Assembly (NCBI GenBank): GCA_029261035.1
Contig: JAJDCD010000025.1
Coordinates: 194,926 to 258,925, forward strand
Direction of reading: 5' to 3'
Source: Candidatus Omnitrophota bacterium
GTDB lineage: Bacteria > Omnitrophota > Omnitrophia > Omnitrophales > JACROU01
DNA: 64,000 nucleotides
This document shows, piece by piece, positions 28,023 to 37,522 of this stretch; position 1 is the stretch's first letter, and each line of letters starts with the position of its first letter. The notes beneath the pieces were generated by a model. It saw only the letters and a program-made list of their open reading frames with translations, did no database searches and was not told the origin of the DNA. The translations under genes were made by a program, and so were the position numbers.

Positions 28023-29048
28023 TTAAACGAGTCCTAATGTTTCATCATATCCAAATCGGATATTCATATTTTGAACAGCTTGACCACTAGCACCTTTTAC
28101 TAAGTTATCAATAGCGCTAATCACAATCACTTCTTTAGATCGAGCAGAAGACCAAATACCAATATCACAAAAATTGGTTCGAACCACATCTTTAATAGAA
28201 GGAAACGTTCCCAATGGCTTCACTCGTACAAAAGGCTCATCTTTGTATGCTTCTTTATAAGCCTTCAAAATCTTTTGAGGGGTAACGCCTTTAGCTTTCT
28301 TCAAATAAATCGTCGACAAAATCCCACGTTCAATAGGTAATAAATGGGGAACAAAAGCGATACTTACTTTCTTTCCCGAAAACTTCTTTAACAAAGCTTC
28401 TACTTCCGGCATATGTTGATGTTGGTTTACCTTGTATGCTTTAAAGTCTCCGTCTACGGTACAAAAGTGTGTCGCTTCAGACAGTTTCTTACCGGCACCA
28501 CTCACTCCCGACTTTGAATCAACTACAATAGATTCAAAATCAACAAGTTTATTTTCAAGGGCTGGTTTCAACCCCAACAAAATACTTGTAGGATAACACC
28601 CAGGATTAGCGATGAGCTTTGCTTTTTTCAGCTTAGACCGAAACACCTCCGGTAATCCATAAACAGCATCTCCCAACAAAAGCTTTTTAGTGTGCTTTTT
28701 CCCATACCAGATTTCATAAAGCTGAGCATCTTTAATTCGGAAGTCTGCCGAAAGATCAATTACCGTCTTCCCTTTTTTATATAAATCATAAGCCAAATCC
28801 ATTGCCTGTGTGTGTGGTAATGCAAGAAAAACCACATCCGATTCTTTTACAACTTTATTCAACTTAAACGTTTCCAAAGTAAGCCCATGATTTTTAGGTA
28901 AAGTAGGAATAATTTCCTCAATATCCTTTGGGTCTTTACTTCGTGTTGTTAAAGAAGTAATTTTTACATTAGGATGTTGTTGTAAGATCCGAACGAGCTC
29001 AATTCCCGTATAACCCGTAGCACCTACAACAGAAACACGAATCATCAT
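28023..29048 (-). CDS. argC: N-acetyl-gamma-glutamyl-phosphate reductase
   Basis: It has the N-terminal Rossmann motif VSVVGATGYTGIELVRIL and the active-site cysteine context NPGCYPTS. Confidence 0.9.
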   Translation of the reverse strand: MMIRVSVVGATGYTGIELVRILQQHPNVKITSLTTRSKDPKDIEEIIPTLPKNHGLTLETFKLNKVVKESDVVFLALPHTQAMDLAYDLYKKGKTVIDLSADFRIKDAQLYEIWYGKKHTKKLLLGDAVYGLPEVFRSKLKKAKLIANPGCYPTSILLGLKPALENKLVDFESIVVDSKSGVSGAGKKLSEATHFCTVDGDFKAYKVNQHQHMPEVEALLKKFSGKKVSIAFVPHLLPIERGILSTIYLKKAKGVTPQKILKAYKEAYKDEPFVRVKPLGTFPSIKDVVRTNFCDIGIWSSARSKEVIVISAIDNLVKGASGQAVQNMNIRFGYDETLGLV

Positions 29049-29519
29049 TTTCTCCTCTTAAGTTCTATGAACTTTCAATCATGATACTGCTAAACAACTT
29101 ATAACTATTCCAAAGACAAAAAAACCAGAAACTATGCCTAGGGTTTAGAACCCTTTAGAAAGGATTAGCTTCTGGTAGTCCAAGTTTCTCTTAGGTATCA
29201 AAATTTCATTCGATACAATTATCCTTCGTTATCCAAAGGTACTGGAGCAAAAAATGCCCCCTAAAGAAAAGAGCCAATTATAGAGGAAAAAACCCAAGAA
29301 ATCAAACATCCATACATCCTAGCTCAATTCAATACTAATTCCCTAAGGGAGATCTTCGTCTTAAGTTCAAAATAGAGGCTCTTCCACAAAGCTTTCTCTC
29401 GTAGAGAAAGGAGCTGTAATTCAGGCTAAATACTATTAAATTTTAGCCCTACCGCTTGTATCTCATGCTATATTATGCGCTTACTTGCTTTGCTGTAGCC
29501 ATTCGTAGAAAGGTACCTA

Positions 29520-30434
29520 ATGATACAAAAGCTTAAGAAACACGTCGATTGGAAAAAATTAGAGAAAAGTTTAGGGGTTAAGCTTAAGAATCACAAATTT
29601 GCTCTTGCAGCATTAACCCACCCATCTTACCGAAACGAAATGAGACTGCACAATTTACTCTGTTTCGAAAGAATGGAATTCTTAGGAGATTCTATTTTAA
29701 ACTTTACCATCAGTGAAATCTTATATGAAAAATATAAAGATGGTGATGAAGGAATGCTCTCTAAACTAAAATCCATCCTCGTATCCGGGAAAATTCTAGC
29801 AAAAATAGCTAAGAAATTAAAACTAAGACAATTCATGATTTTAGGAAGAAGTGAACGTCATCATCCTGATTTGGAAAGAGCAAAAATTATGGCGGATACT
29901 TTCGAAGCTATTCTAGCTGCTATTTATTTTGATCGAGGGCTTCCAACAGCACAACGTTTCATAAAAAAACAATTTAAATTTTATTTCAGCCCTAAACGCC
30001 TCCACACTATTGGCGTCAGCCCAAAAACAATCCTGCAAGAATTATCACAAAAACATTTAAAAATTTTACCACAATACCAATCAGAGTTAAAAAAAGGTCT
30101 TTTTCATTGTACTGTGAGCTTAAAAAAAATCGGAAAAACAAAAGGTTCAGGGAGAACAAAAAAAGATGGTGAAGAAGCGGCCGCAAAACTGCTTATTGAA
30201 AAATTTGAATCCACAAAAGTTCCAACTACAATCACTTCAAGAATTCAAAGAAAAACAGAACCCAAGTCAAATTCCACAACAACGGATGCCCCTAAAAAGA
30301 AAATAGTTTTAAAAAAATCGAAAAAGAAAGCATCTCCTAAAAAGCCTACTTTAAAGACAAGCGTCAAAAAGAAAACTACAACTTCCAAAAAACCAGTTTC
30401 TAAATCAAAGAGTCCTGCTAAAAAGAAGAAATAA
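29520..30434 (+). CDS. rnc: Ribonuclease III with an unusual ~70-aa lysine-rich, histone-H1-like C-terminal extension
   Basis: It has the RNase III signature ERMEFLGDSILNF, a dsRBD (ILQELSQKH...GSGRTKKDGEEAAAKLLIEKF) and a tail TTTDAPKKKIVLKKSKKKASPKKPTLKTSVKKKTTTSKKPVSKSKSPAKKKK. Confidence 0.9.
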   Translation: MIQKLKKHVDWKKLEKSLGVKLKNHKFALAALTHPSYRNEMRLHNLLCFERMEFLGDSILNFTISEILYEKYKDGDEGMLSKLKSILVSGKILAKIAKKLKLRQFMILGRSERHHPDLERAKIMADTFEAILAAIYFDRGLPTAQRFIKKQFKFYFSPKRLHTIGVSPKTILQELSQKHLKILPQYQSELKKGLFHCTVSLKKIGKTKGSGRTKKDGEEAAAKLLIEKFESTKVPTTITSRIQRKTEPKSNSTTTDAPKKKIVLKKSKKKASPKKPTLKTSVKKKTTTSKKPVSKSKSPAKKKK

Positions 30435-30439
30435 AGTTT

Positions 30440-33124
30440 CTACCCAAAAATAGAGCTGATAATTTTAGAAGCTTGGTCCACGGTATCCTGCATAGAGCTA
30501 TCTTCAGAACCTCCACTAAAAATTGAGCCTATTTTACTAATGATGGCACGTCCAATAGCCCTTTTATCAACTGAAACCTTAGGGTCTGAAATCGTTCCAC
30601 TCAGCCTAAAAGGAACAACTACAGCATTTGTTTCGGAGGGTGTTTGTTGCAACTCAAATTCTGAGATTTCGCCAAGTTGAGCCTTAGAATGAAAATCTAT
30701 ATTCTCATCAAAATCTACGATACCTTCACTGGTTACGTATAATTTATTTGAAAGCAAATAAGTGTCTGCAAATTTCACCTTTCGATCTGCAATCTGAATA
30801 CGTCCTTTGAGATTTCGAAAGCTCGTAAATTTAACTAAAGGATCACTTAAATTAAAACTCACCAATTCCGGCAAAGTTGAAAAAGCCCCTAATAAATTTA
30901 CCCCATAAATTTCCCCGTTACTAATATCAAAAGCACCTTGGCCAATAATCGTTTCTTCCAACTGATCCCGACCCCCTATTTCCCCTTGAACATTTAAGCT
31001 AGCGTTAAGAAGCCCCGACATAATTTTTTTCTCAAATTTCTGAAATAGGATTTCCATCGGCACGTTAACACTATCCAACTTCAAAACATAACGAGGAGGA
31101 AGAGAATCGAAAGACGCCTTTCCTACTACTTCCACAGAACCCTGGCCTGCTCTTATTTTTAAAGTTTGAATATCCGCCTTTCCATTATCAAACTGAATTA
31201 CTCCTTTCAAATCCGTCAACGAAATACCTTGAAACAAAACTTCTTTAAGGCTGATATTAATATTGCCTGTCGCTTTTCTTAAAGGCTCGGGCAAACTGTT
31301 TGTGACCCGAGAGGAATCCGGAGAAGCTAAAAGGGAGTCAAAGGAAATTAGAGAAGAAGCCTCTTCTGCATAAGCGGTTCTTTCCCAAAAAGAAGATCTT
31401 GCTGTTTTAATAGCTTGAGTTTGCGCTTGAGCGATCGTAGGATTTTGAATTTCTTTAACAGTGTCTATAAGTGAGATAAAATCATCAACCACAAATTTAT
31501 CCGATTGAATATCCATTTCAAATTGAGGAGCCAAAGGATCATTTAAAGCTAAATTCATTTTAAGATCCGTGTCATTCAATTTTAGCAATACTTCCTGAAA
31601 GGCTATTCGATCCGAATTAAAATCAAAAGAACCGGACAAATGCCGCACCAACACCTTATCTCCAGAAGACAAGGTTACGGAATCCAAAATAGTATGCGTC
31701 CCATATTTAGATTGTTTAAAATCTGTCAACTTCCCTTTTAAAGTAGCCAATAGCTTCGCTTCACCCTCCAAAGTTAAGCCCTTCATAGGAACAAAAACTC
31801 CATCAAAATCACTAAGAGGAAATTTATTAGATATAAAGTTTACGTCTCCCTCAAGAGTCTCTAGACTCAACCTTGCACTCGTACCTTTCACATTCATACT
31901 TCCAAAACGGATATTAAATTCCACATCTTCTAACTCTTCCGAAGCAATTTTAGACTGTAATGAAGCTGAAAAACTTTGCCCTGACTTCTTCTTTAAAACT
32001 TGAGGCACTTCCAGTAGAGCTTCTTTTAAATCGACATCTAAACTCACCGCTAGATTATCCGCAGGACCTTTCACAATAACCGAAGCAGCGGCATTCCCTT
32101 CAGCAGTCCAATTTGAGAGATAACCTATCTCAGCCAATAAATTCGAAGGTAATTGTGGGATGAATTCGTTTAAATTAAGGTCTCGGATACGTAATGTAAA
32201 ATCAATTTGAGGTTGTTCACTCATGCTCACACTGCCAAAACTAACCCCCTCAAGACCTAGGCCAGTAATATTCATGTTATCCATTTGAAAAGTTTGATTA
32301 GCTTGAGTCCAACTGTAATCCGTCTCAAACTTAAGAGGAATAGAAAAAGGCAGCGACTCAACAACCTCCCCTTCCACTACCGTCTTAATTGTATTTAATT
32401 TACCTTCACCATAATCCAAATCTTGAAAAGTTAATATAGAGGTCCCATTCACATCCTGAGATGTAGAATTAAACGAAACAACCCCTTGTGAACCCAACAT
32501 CAAAGATCGGATTGGCAACGAAGTTCTAATCAACCCCGACTTCACTAGTACTGCCCAATCTAACTGAGAAACATCATAACGCATACTCATTTCATTAAAT
32601 TCAAACTTACCTTCATCAAGAGATAAAAAAGCATCTCCTTCCACTTCAAAAGTACTATCTGTTTCAAATAAATGTCCTTCAAAAGAAAATCTCGAAGGGG
32701 TTTTAAAATCAACCGACTTCACCCTTCCTTCCACATCCGTTAATTGAATAAAAGCTTTCTTTCCCTTTTCCACCCATTCATAGTAAACATCAACACCTTT
32801 CATCTGAACAGAACTCGCTTCAATATTTTTAAAAATTAATGGGAATAATTTCAAAAATACTTTTGCTTTTTTTGCTTTTAATACAGGAATTTCCTTTGAG
32901 GATTTAGGAGAGTAAACAACAACATTAGAAACCTCAATAAATGCAGATGGAATAAACCCTACACCAATTTCACCAATTTCAAATTGGTCCCCTGCACGAG
33001 CTTTTATTTGAGATGTAAGATAGTCTTGAATATCAGAATTTGAAACAAATAAAGGAAGAGCAAAAATAACAGCAGCAACAATTAGAACAATAACAATAAG
33101 AAGAATGCTAATAACTTTTTTCAT
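30440..33124 (-). CDS. AsmA-family-like large envelope protein (894 aa; N-terminal transmembrane anchor)
   Basis: It has a single N-terminal transmembrane helix ISILLIVIVLIVAAVIFALPLF followed by a long, repetitive, beta-rich periplasmic region typical of AsmA/TamB-like proteins. The assignment rests on architecture only. Confidence 0.5.
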   Translation of the reverse strand: MKKVISILLIVIVLIVAAVIFALPLFVSNSDIQDYLTSQIKARAGDQFEIGEIGVGFIPSAFIEVSNVVVYSPKSSKEIPVLKAKKAKVFLKLFPLIFKNIEASSVQMKGVDVYYEWVEKGKKAFIQLTDVEGRVKSVDFKTPSRFSFEGHLFETDSTFEVEGDAFLSLDEGKFEFNEMSMRYDVSQLDWAVLVKSGLIRTSLPIRSLMLGSQGVVSFNSTSQDVNGTSILTFQDLDYGEGKLNTIKTVVEGEVVESLPFSIPLKFETDYSWTQANQTFQMDNMNITGLGLEGVSFGSVSMSEQPQIDFTLRIRDLNLNEFIPQLPSNLLAEIGYLSNWTAEGNAAASVIVKGPADNLAVSLDVDLKEALLEVPQVLKKKSGQSFSASLQSKIASEELEDVEFNIRFGSMNVKGTSARLSLETLEGDVNFISNKFPLSDFDGVFVPMKGLTLEGEAKLLATLKGKLTDFKQSKYGTHTILDSVTLSSGDKVLVRHLSGSFDFNSDRIAFQEVLLKLNDTDLKMNLALNDPLAPQFEMDIQSDKFVVDDFISLIDTVKEIQNPTIAQAQTQAIKTARSSFWERTAYAEEASSLISFDSLLASPDSSRVTNSLPEPLRKATGNINISLKEVLFQGISLTDLKGVIQFDNGKADIQTLKIRAGQGSVEVVGKASFDSLPPRYVLKLDSVNVPMEILFQKFEKKIMSGLLNASLNVQGEIGGRDQLEETIIGQGAFDISNGEIYGVNLLGAFSTLPELVSFNLSDPLVKFTSFRNLKGRIQIADRKVKFADTYLLSNKLYVTSEGIVDFDENIDFHSKAQLGEISEFELQQTPSETNAVVVPFRLSGTISDPKVSVDKRAIGRAIISKIGSIFSGGSEDSSMQDTVDQASKIISSIFG

Positions 33125-33157
33125 CGATGACCCCAGAATACTTCTAGTAAGAATAGA

Positions 33158-33346
33158 TTAATATCCAGAAGGACTATAAGCTCCATAGCTTGAAAACGGG
33201 TCTCTAGACCCAGAAGAACTCGCATCCGATTGCGCTGCCGCAAGCCCCCCAGAACCATAGGAGTAGTCCTCAAAGAACTCTGCACAACCAGAAACAATAA
33301 GAGATGAAAATAGAATCATAATTACAAACATGAGTTTAAAATTCAT
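33158..33346 (-). CDS. Small Ser/Gly/Tyr-rich lipoprotein (62 aa)
   Basis: It has a signal peptide MNFKLMFVIMILFSSLIVSGC with a VSGC lipobox. A ribosome-binding site AGAAGG lies 6 nt upstream of the ATG. The gene is directly upstream of the AsmA-like gene. Confidence 0.45.
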   Translation of the reverse strand: MNFKLMFVIMILFSSLIVSGCAEFFEDYSYGSGGLAAAQSDASSSGSRDPFSSYGAYSPSGY

Positions 33347-33367
33347 AATAACCTTCTAAAATAAAAA

Positions 33368-33398
33368 AGGTGACATAAAACCTATGTCACCTTTTTTG
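33368..33398 (-). terminator. Rho-independent (bidirectional) terminator after rpsI
   Basis: It has a perfect 10-bp stem aggtgacata / tatgtcacct with a 5-nt loop, flanked by an A-run on one side and TTTTTT on the other. On the minus strand the stem is followed by TTTTTTATTTT. Confidence 0.6.
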
Positions 33399-33427
33399 AG
33401 CTTAAACTTAAAACTAAATAATAAATA

Positions 33428-33835
33428 TTAACGTTTTACGAATTGGAACTTACGACGAGCACCCTTTTGTCCAAACTTTTTACGTTCTTTTTCTCTAGGG
33501 TCTCGTGTTAAAAATCCGAATTTTCTTAAAGATGCCTTTAAATCTGGATTCCACTCTACAAGAGCACGGGAAATCCCCAACTGAAGAGCTCCTGCTTGCC
33601 CACTAAGCCCTCCGCCATTTAAAGTTGCTTTAACTTTAAACTGATTGATTGTTTTAGACTCTTCAAGGGGTTGACGAATTAACATGATTTGAATTGGAGT
33701 GAAATTATTTGCTTCTAACGGCTTTCCATCTACCTCAAATCCAGATTCTCCTTCTTCTAACCAAACGCGAGCAACAGCTGATTTTCTTCTTCCTGTTGCG
33801 TAATATTTCTTTGTTTCTTTTGTAGCAGCTGACAT
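33428..33835 (-). CDS. rpsI: 30S ribosomal protein S9
   Basis: The conserved S9 sequence ends GGGLSGQAGALQLGISRALVEW ... and has a basic C-terminus ...KFQFVKR. Confidence 0.95.
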   Translation of the reverse strand: MSAATKETKKYYATGRRKSAVARVWLEEGESGFEVDGKPLEANNFTPIQIMLIRQPLEESKTINQFKVKATLNGGGLSGQAGALQLGISRALVEWNPDLKASLRKFGFLTRDPREKERKKFGQKGARRKFQFVKR

Positions 33836-33861
33836 ATTTAAAATCTCCTTAAACGAACGGG

Positions 33862-34338
33862 CTATTTAATTTCAAAAATTTCCGGATTCTGTGCTTGATG
33901 TTTATGAGCACTATCAGGATAAACAAGTAATCTTTTTAACATTCTGGAACCCAACTTATTCTTTGGAAGCATTCCCTTTACCGCTTTGGTAAGAGCTGCT
34001 GTAGGTTTTTTTTCCATCAAAGTTTCTAAACTATACTCTTTAAGACCGCCTTGATAACCGGTGTAATAAGAATACACTTTATCTTTTACTTTTCTTCCTG
34101 TAACCAAAACATCTTTAGCATTAAGAACAACAACATGATCTCCATTATCCCAATGAGGAACATATGTTTTTTTGTTCTTTCCAATTAGCTTGCCAGCAAT
34201 TTGTACTGCCGCACGCCCTAAAACCTTGCCTTTAACATCAACAACAAACCACTTACCTTCATCAAGGGTTCCACGTGTTGCCGCAAGTCTAACTTCACCT
34301 TTTTTCTTTATACCTGTAATTGTTTTAGCTTCTGACAT
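33862..34338 (-). CDS. rplM: 50S ribosomal protein L13
   Basis: The L13 family sequence WFVVDVKGKVLGRAAVQIAGKL ... supports the call. The gene is in the canonical rplM-rpsI order. Confidence 0.95.
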   Translation of the reverse strand: MSEAKTITGIKKKGEVRLAATRGTLDEGKWFVVDVKGKVLGRAAVQIAGKLIGKNKKTYVPHWDNGDHVVVLNAKDVLVTGRKVKDKVYSYYTGYQGGLKEYSLETLMEKKPTAALTKAVKGMLPKNKLGSRMLKRLLVYPDSAHKHQAQNPEIFEIK

Positions 34339-34484
34339 GACTCTTTAAGACTCCTAATTCGTATTCGTTTTATCTTAATAAAGGGTATTTTCCCCATAGA
34401 AAAGGCTCGAAGTATAGCATAAAGCTCTAGTTGAAGGAAAGTTTTTTTACCCAAATACCCCTTAGTTTTTTTAGGTAAAACAAC

Positions 34485-34513
34485 CCTAAGTTATTTAATT
34501 AATATAACTTAGG
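34485..34513 (-). terminator. Candidate terminator hairpin after truA
   Basis: The hairpin cctaagttat-ttaattaat-ataacttagg has a perfect 10-bp stem. On the minus strand it is followed by the T-rich gttgttttacc. Confidence 0.4.
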
Positions 34514-34576
34514 AAAATTAAAAATTATTCTCCTTAAGCACCCCACCGTCACAACGCTATACCCACTGAGGTTTAT

Positions 34577-35323
34577 CTAATACTTCACCCTAATCAAACA
34601 AAGTCCTTTTCCGGGAACGTTCGGACCCGCTTTTTTCCGGTCTTTTGCCTTTAAAATAGTTCTCAATTCTTTAATATCAATTTTTTCAAGGCCAACCCAA
34701 ATCAAGGTGCCTACAATATTTCTTACCATATTATACAAAAACCCATTTGCTTCTAAAGTAAAATAAATCAAAGCTCCTTTTTTCTGAATGCTCAATCGAG
34801 TTAAATTACGTACAGTACTCATCTCTTTATTTCCACCACTGGACTGAAACGATTTAAAATCATGGCGTCCAATCAAAACTTTAGCCGCTGCTTTCATTTT
34901 AGAAACATTCAAAGGCATAATGTAATGATAAACAGTACGATCTTGAAGTGGAGTTCTTAACCGAGAGTTCCAAACAGAGTATCGATACACTTTTCCTTTA
35001 GCATCATAGCGCGCATGAAAGTCATCTTTAACTTTTTCCAGTTTCTTAATCACAATATCTTTGGAAAGGTTTGCATTTATTGCTCGTTGCAAATCATTCA
35101 ACTTCATTTTGTCAGGAACTTTTACATGAGCTGTTTGAGCTAAAGCATGAACCCCACTATCTGTTCTTCCAGCACCCGACACTTTAATGGGCTTCTGAAA
35201 GATCTTGGAGAATGCCTTCTCCAAGTCCTCCTGAACCGTACGGTGCTTCTTTTGTATCTGAAACCCATACAAGCGGGTCCCATCATATTCCATCGTTAAT
35301 TTTAAAGTATGGACTTTAATCAT
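34577..35323 (-). CDS. truA: tRNA pseudouridine(38-40) synthase
   Basis: It has the catalytic motif GAGRTDSGVHA. The N-terminal LKLTMEYDGTRLYGFQIQ is typical of TruA. Confidence 0.9.
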   Translation of the reverse strand: MIKVHTLKLTMEYDGTRLYGFQIQKKHRTVQEDLEKAFSKIFQKPIKVSGAGRTDSGVHALAQTAHVKVPDKMKLNDLQRAINANLSKDIVIKKLEKVKDDFHARYDAKGKVYRYSVWNSRLRTPLQDRTVYHYIMPLNVSKMKAAAKVLIGRHDFKSFQSSGGNKEMSTVRNLTRLSIQKKGALIYFTLEANGFLYNMVRNIVGTLIWVGLEKIDIKELRTILKAKDRKKAGPNVPGKGLCLIRVKY

Positions 35324-35338
35324 AAGTTAAGTTTCGCG

Positions 35339-35382
35339 GTGACTGTCACGCGGATTCAAAGACCGAAGGATGTGACTGTCAC
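35339..35382. promoter_or_regulatory. Two direct copies of the near-palindromic box GTGACTGTCAC, 33 nt apart, upstream of truA
   Basis: The boxes are at 35339-35349 and 35372-35382 (GTGAC-T-GTCAC). They lie 16-59 nt upstream of the truA start and downstream of the asd stop. Confidence 0.3.
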
Positions 35383-35402
35383 GGACCAACCCCACAGCCC
35401 CA

Positions 35403-36401
35403 TCACAGGTTTTCTGCAATTTGAACTGCGTTTAAAGCAGCTCCTTTGCGAAGATTATCTGAAACAAGCCACAAGTTAATGCTCGAAGGATGAGAAACAT
35501 CCTCTCGGATTCGTCCTACAAAAGTTTCATCTCGACCTGCCAAATCATATGGCATGGGATACTGATTGTTTTCAGGATCATCAAGCAAACAGATTCCAGG
35601 AGCAGAAGACAACAACTCTTTAACTTCTGCTGCACTCAACTTCTTCTCAGTCTCAATCGTTAAACTTTCAGAATGCGCAAAGAAGACAGGAACACGCACA
35701 CAAGTAGCCGTTACTTGTATGGAATCATCCCCAAGAATTTTTTTAGTTTCTTCTACCATTTTCATTTCTTCTTTGGTATATCCGTTATCCATAAAAACAT
35801 CAATATGTGGGATACAATTAAAAGCTATGGGATGTTGGAATTTATCAACAACAAGGTCTTTCCCATCCACCCAATCTTTAACTTGAGTTTTTAACTCCTC
35901 TATCGCAGTAGCTCCGGCTCCCGAAACAGACTGATAGGTGCTCACCACAACTCTCTTAATTTTTGCCACTTGATGAATCGGGTTTAACGCCAATACCATT
36001 CCGATAGTAGAACAATTAGGATTTGCAATAATCCCTTTATGCTTTTCTATATCCGCTGCATTCACTTCAGGAACCACTAGAGGAACATTCGGGTCCATGC
36101 GAAATTGACTCGTATTATCTACAACAACAGCACCCGCTGCAGCAGCTATTGGCGCAAATTCTTTACTCCGAGCGGCACCGGCACTGAATAAAGCAATATC
36201 AATTCCTTGAAAAGAATCTTTGTTTAAAGCCTCAACGGTTAATTCTTGTCCTAAAAAAGATATTTTTTTACCTGCAGATCTTTCTGAAGCAAGCAAACGA
36301 ATACTGTTAAAAGGAAAATTCCTCTGCTCCAAAACTTCTAACATTTTTTGTCCTACAGCACCTGTAGCCCCTACAACAGCAATATTTTTCTTCTCCATCA
36401 C
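35403..36401 (-). CDS. asd: Aspartate-semialdehyde dehydrogenase
   Basis: It has the Rossmann motif NIAVVGATGAVGQKM and the active-site motif NPNCSTI. Confidence 0.9.
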   Translation of the reverse strand: MMEKKNIAVVGATGAVGQKMLEVLEQRNFPFNSIRLLASERSAGKKISFLGQELTVEALNKDSFQGIDIALFSAGAARSKEFAPIAAAAGAVVVDNTSQFRMDPNVPLVVPEVNAADIEKHKGIIANPNCSTIGMVLALNPIHQVAKIKRVVVSTYQSVSGAGATAIEELKTQVKDWVDGKDLVVDKFQHPIAFNCIPHIDVFMDNGYTKEEMKMVEETKKILGDDSIQVTATCVRVPVFFAHSESLTIETEKKLSAAEVKELLSSAPGICLLDDPENNQYPMPYDLAGRDETFVGRIREDVSHPSSINLWLVSDNLRKGAALNAVQIAENL

Positions 36402-36419
36402 TCTTCCCCTTCCAAACTT

Positions 36420-37490
36420 CTAGTCTAAATTCTTAATAACCTGCTCTCCCATTTCGGTGCAACTAACCAATTGACAACCTTCAGACATGATATCTGGGGT
36501 TCTAAAACCTGCCTCTAACACTTTCTCTACCGCTTTCTCAATACTATCAGCAAGTTCCGGAAGATTCAAAGTATAGCGCATCATCATTCCAACAGAAAGA
36601 ATAGTAGCTAAAGGATTAGCCTTGTTCTGCCCTTCAATATCAGGAGCACTTCCATGAACAGGTTCATACATCGCATGCTTCTCTCCCAAACTCGCAGATG
36701 GCAACATCCCAATCGACCCCGTCAACATAGCTGCCTCATCACTCAAAATATCTCCAAATAGATTGGTCGTCACAATCACATCAAACTGTTTTGGATTCCG
36801 AATCAACTGCATTGCACAGTTATCCACATACATGTGGTCTAACTCTACATCTTTATAATCTTTAGCAACATCAACAACCGTATTCCTCCACAACTCTGAA
36901 GACTCTAGAACATTTGCTTTATCGACAGAAAGAACTTTTTTTCTTCTTTTGCGTGCAAGCTCAAAAGCTTTATGGGCAATTCTTTCCACTTCTGGCGTTG
37001 TGTATACTTCTGTATTAACACCTTTCTGTGTCCCATCAGGTAAAGTCTCAACCCCCTTAGGTTCCCCAAAATAAATTCCACCAATCAATTCACGTAGAAC
37101 CATCAAATCAATTCCATCCACAATTTCCGGCTTCAATGTACTTGCATGAACCAAACTCGAGAAAACTTTCACGGGTCTTAAATTAGCAAACAAACCCAAC
37201 TCTTCTCTTAATTTTAAAAGCGCTCTTTCAGGACGAATAGCATAATCCAAACCTTCCCACTTCGGGCCTCCCACAGCTCCCAAAAGAACAACGTCTGCGG
37301 CTTTAGCTTTGTTTAAAACTTGATCGGTAATCGGAACACCATGAGCATCAATAGACGTACCGCCAACAATATCTTCCTCAAGCTCAAAAACGAGGTGATG
37401 TTTTTCAGCAAGCGCTTGAATCAATTTAACCGCTTCAACAGTTACTTCTTTTCCAATCCCATCTCCAGGCAATACACAAATCTTATACAT
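36420..37490 (-). CDS. leuB: 3-isopropylmalate dehydrogenase family (LeuB-type beta-decarboxylating dehydrogenase)
   Basis: It has [17 protein letters not shown] and [27 protein letters not shown] motifs. There is no leuA/leuCD neighbourhood, so homoisocitrate or tartrate dehydrogenase cannot be excluded. Confidence 0.75.
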   Translation of the reverse strand: MYKICVLPGDGIGKEVTVEAVKLIQALAEKHHLVFELEEDIVGGTSIDAHGVPITDQVLNKAKAADVVLLGAVGGPKWEGLDYAIRPERALLKLREELGLFANLRPVKVFSSLVHASTLKPEIVDGIDLMVLRELIGGIYFGEPKGVETLPDGTQKGVNTEVYTTPEVERIAHKAFELARKRRKKVLSVDKANVLESSELWRNTVVDVAKDYKDVELDHMYVDNCAMQLIRNPKQFDVIVTTNLFGDILSDEAAMLTGSIGMLPSASLGEKHAMYEPVHGSAPDIEGQNKANPLATILSVGMMMRYTLNLPELADSIEKAVEKVLEAGFRTPDIMSEGCQLVSCTEMGEQVIKNLD

Positions 37491-37522
37491 TGCATTCTCC
37501 TTTTATAACAAACATCAAAAAA

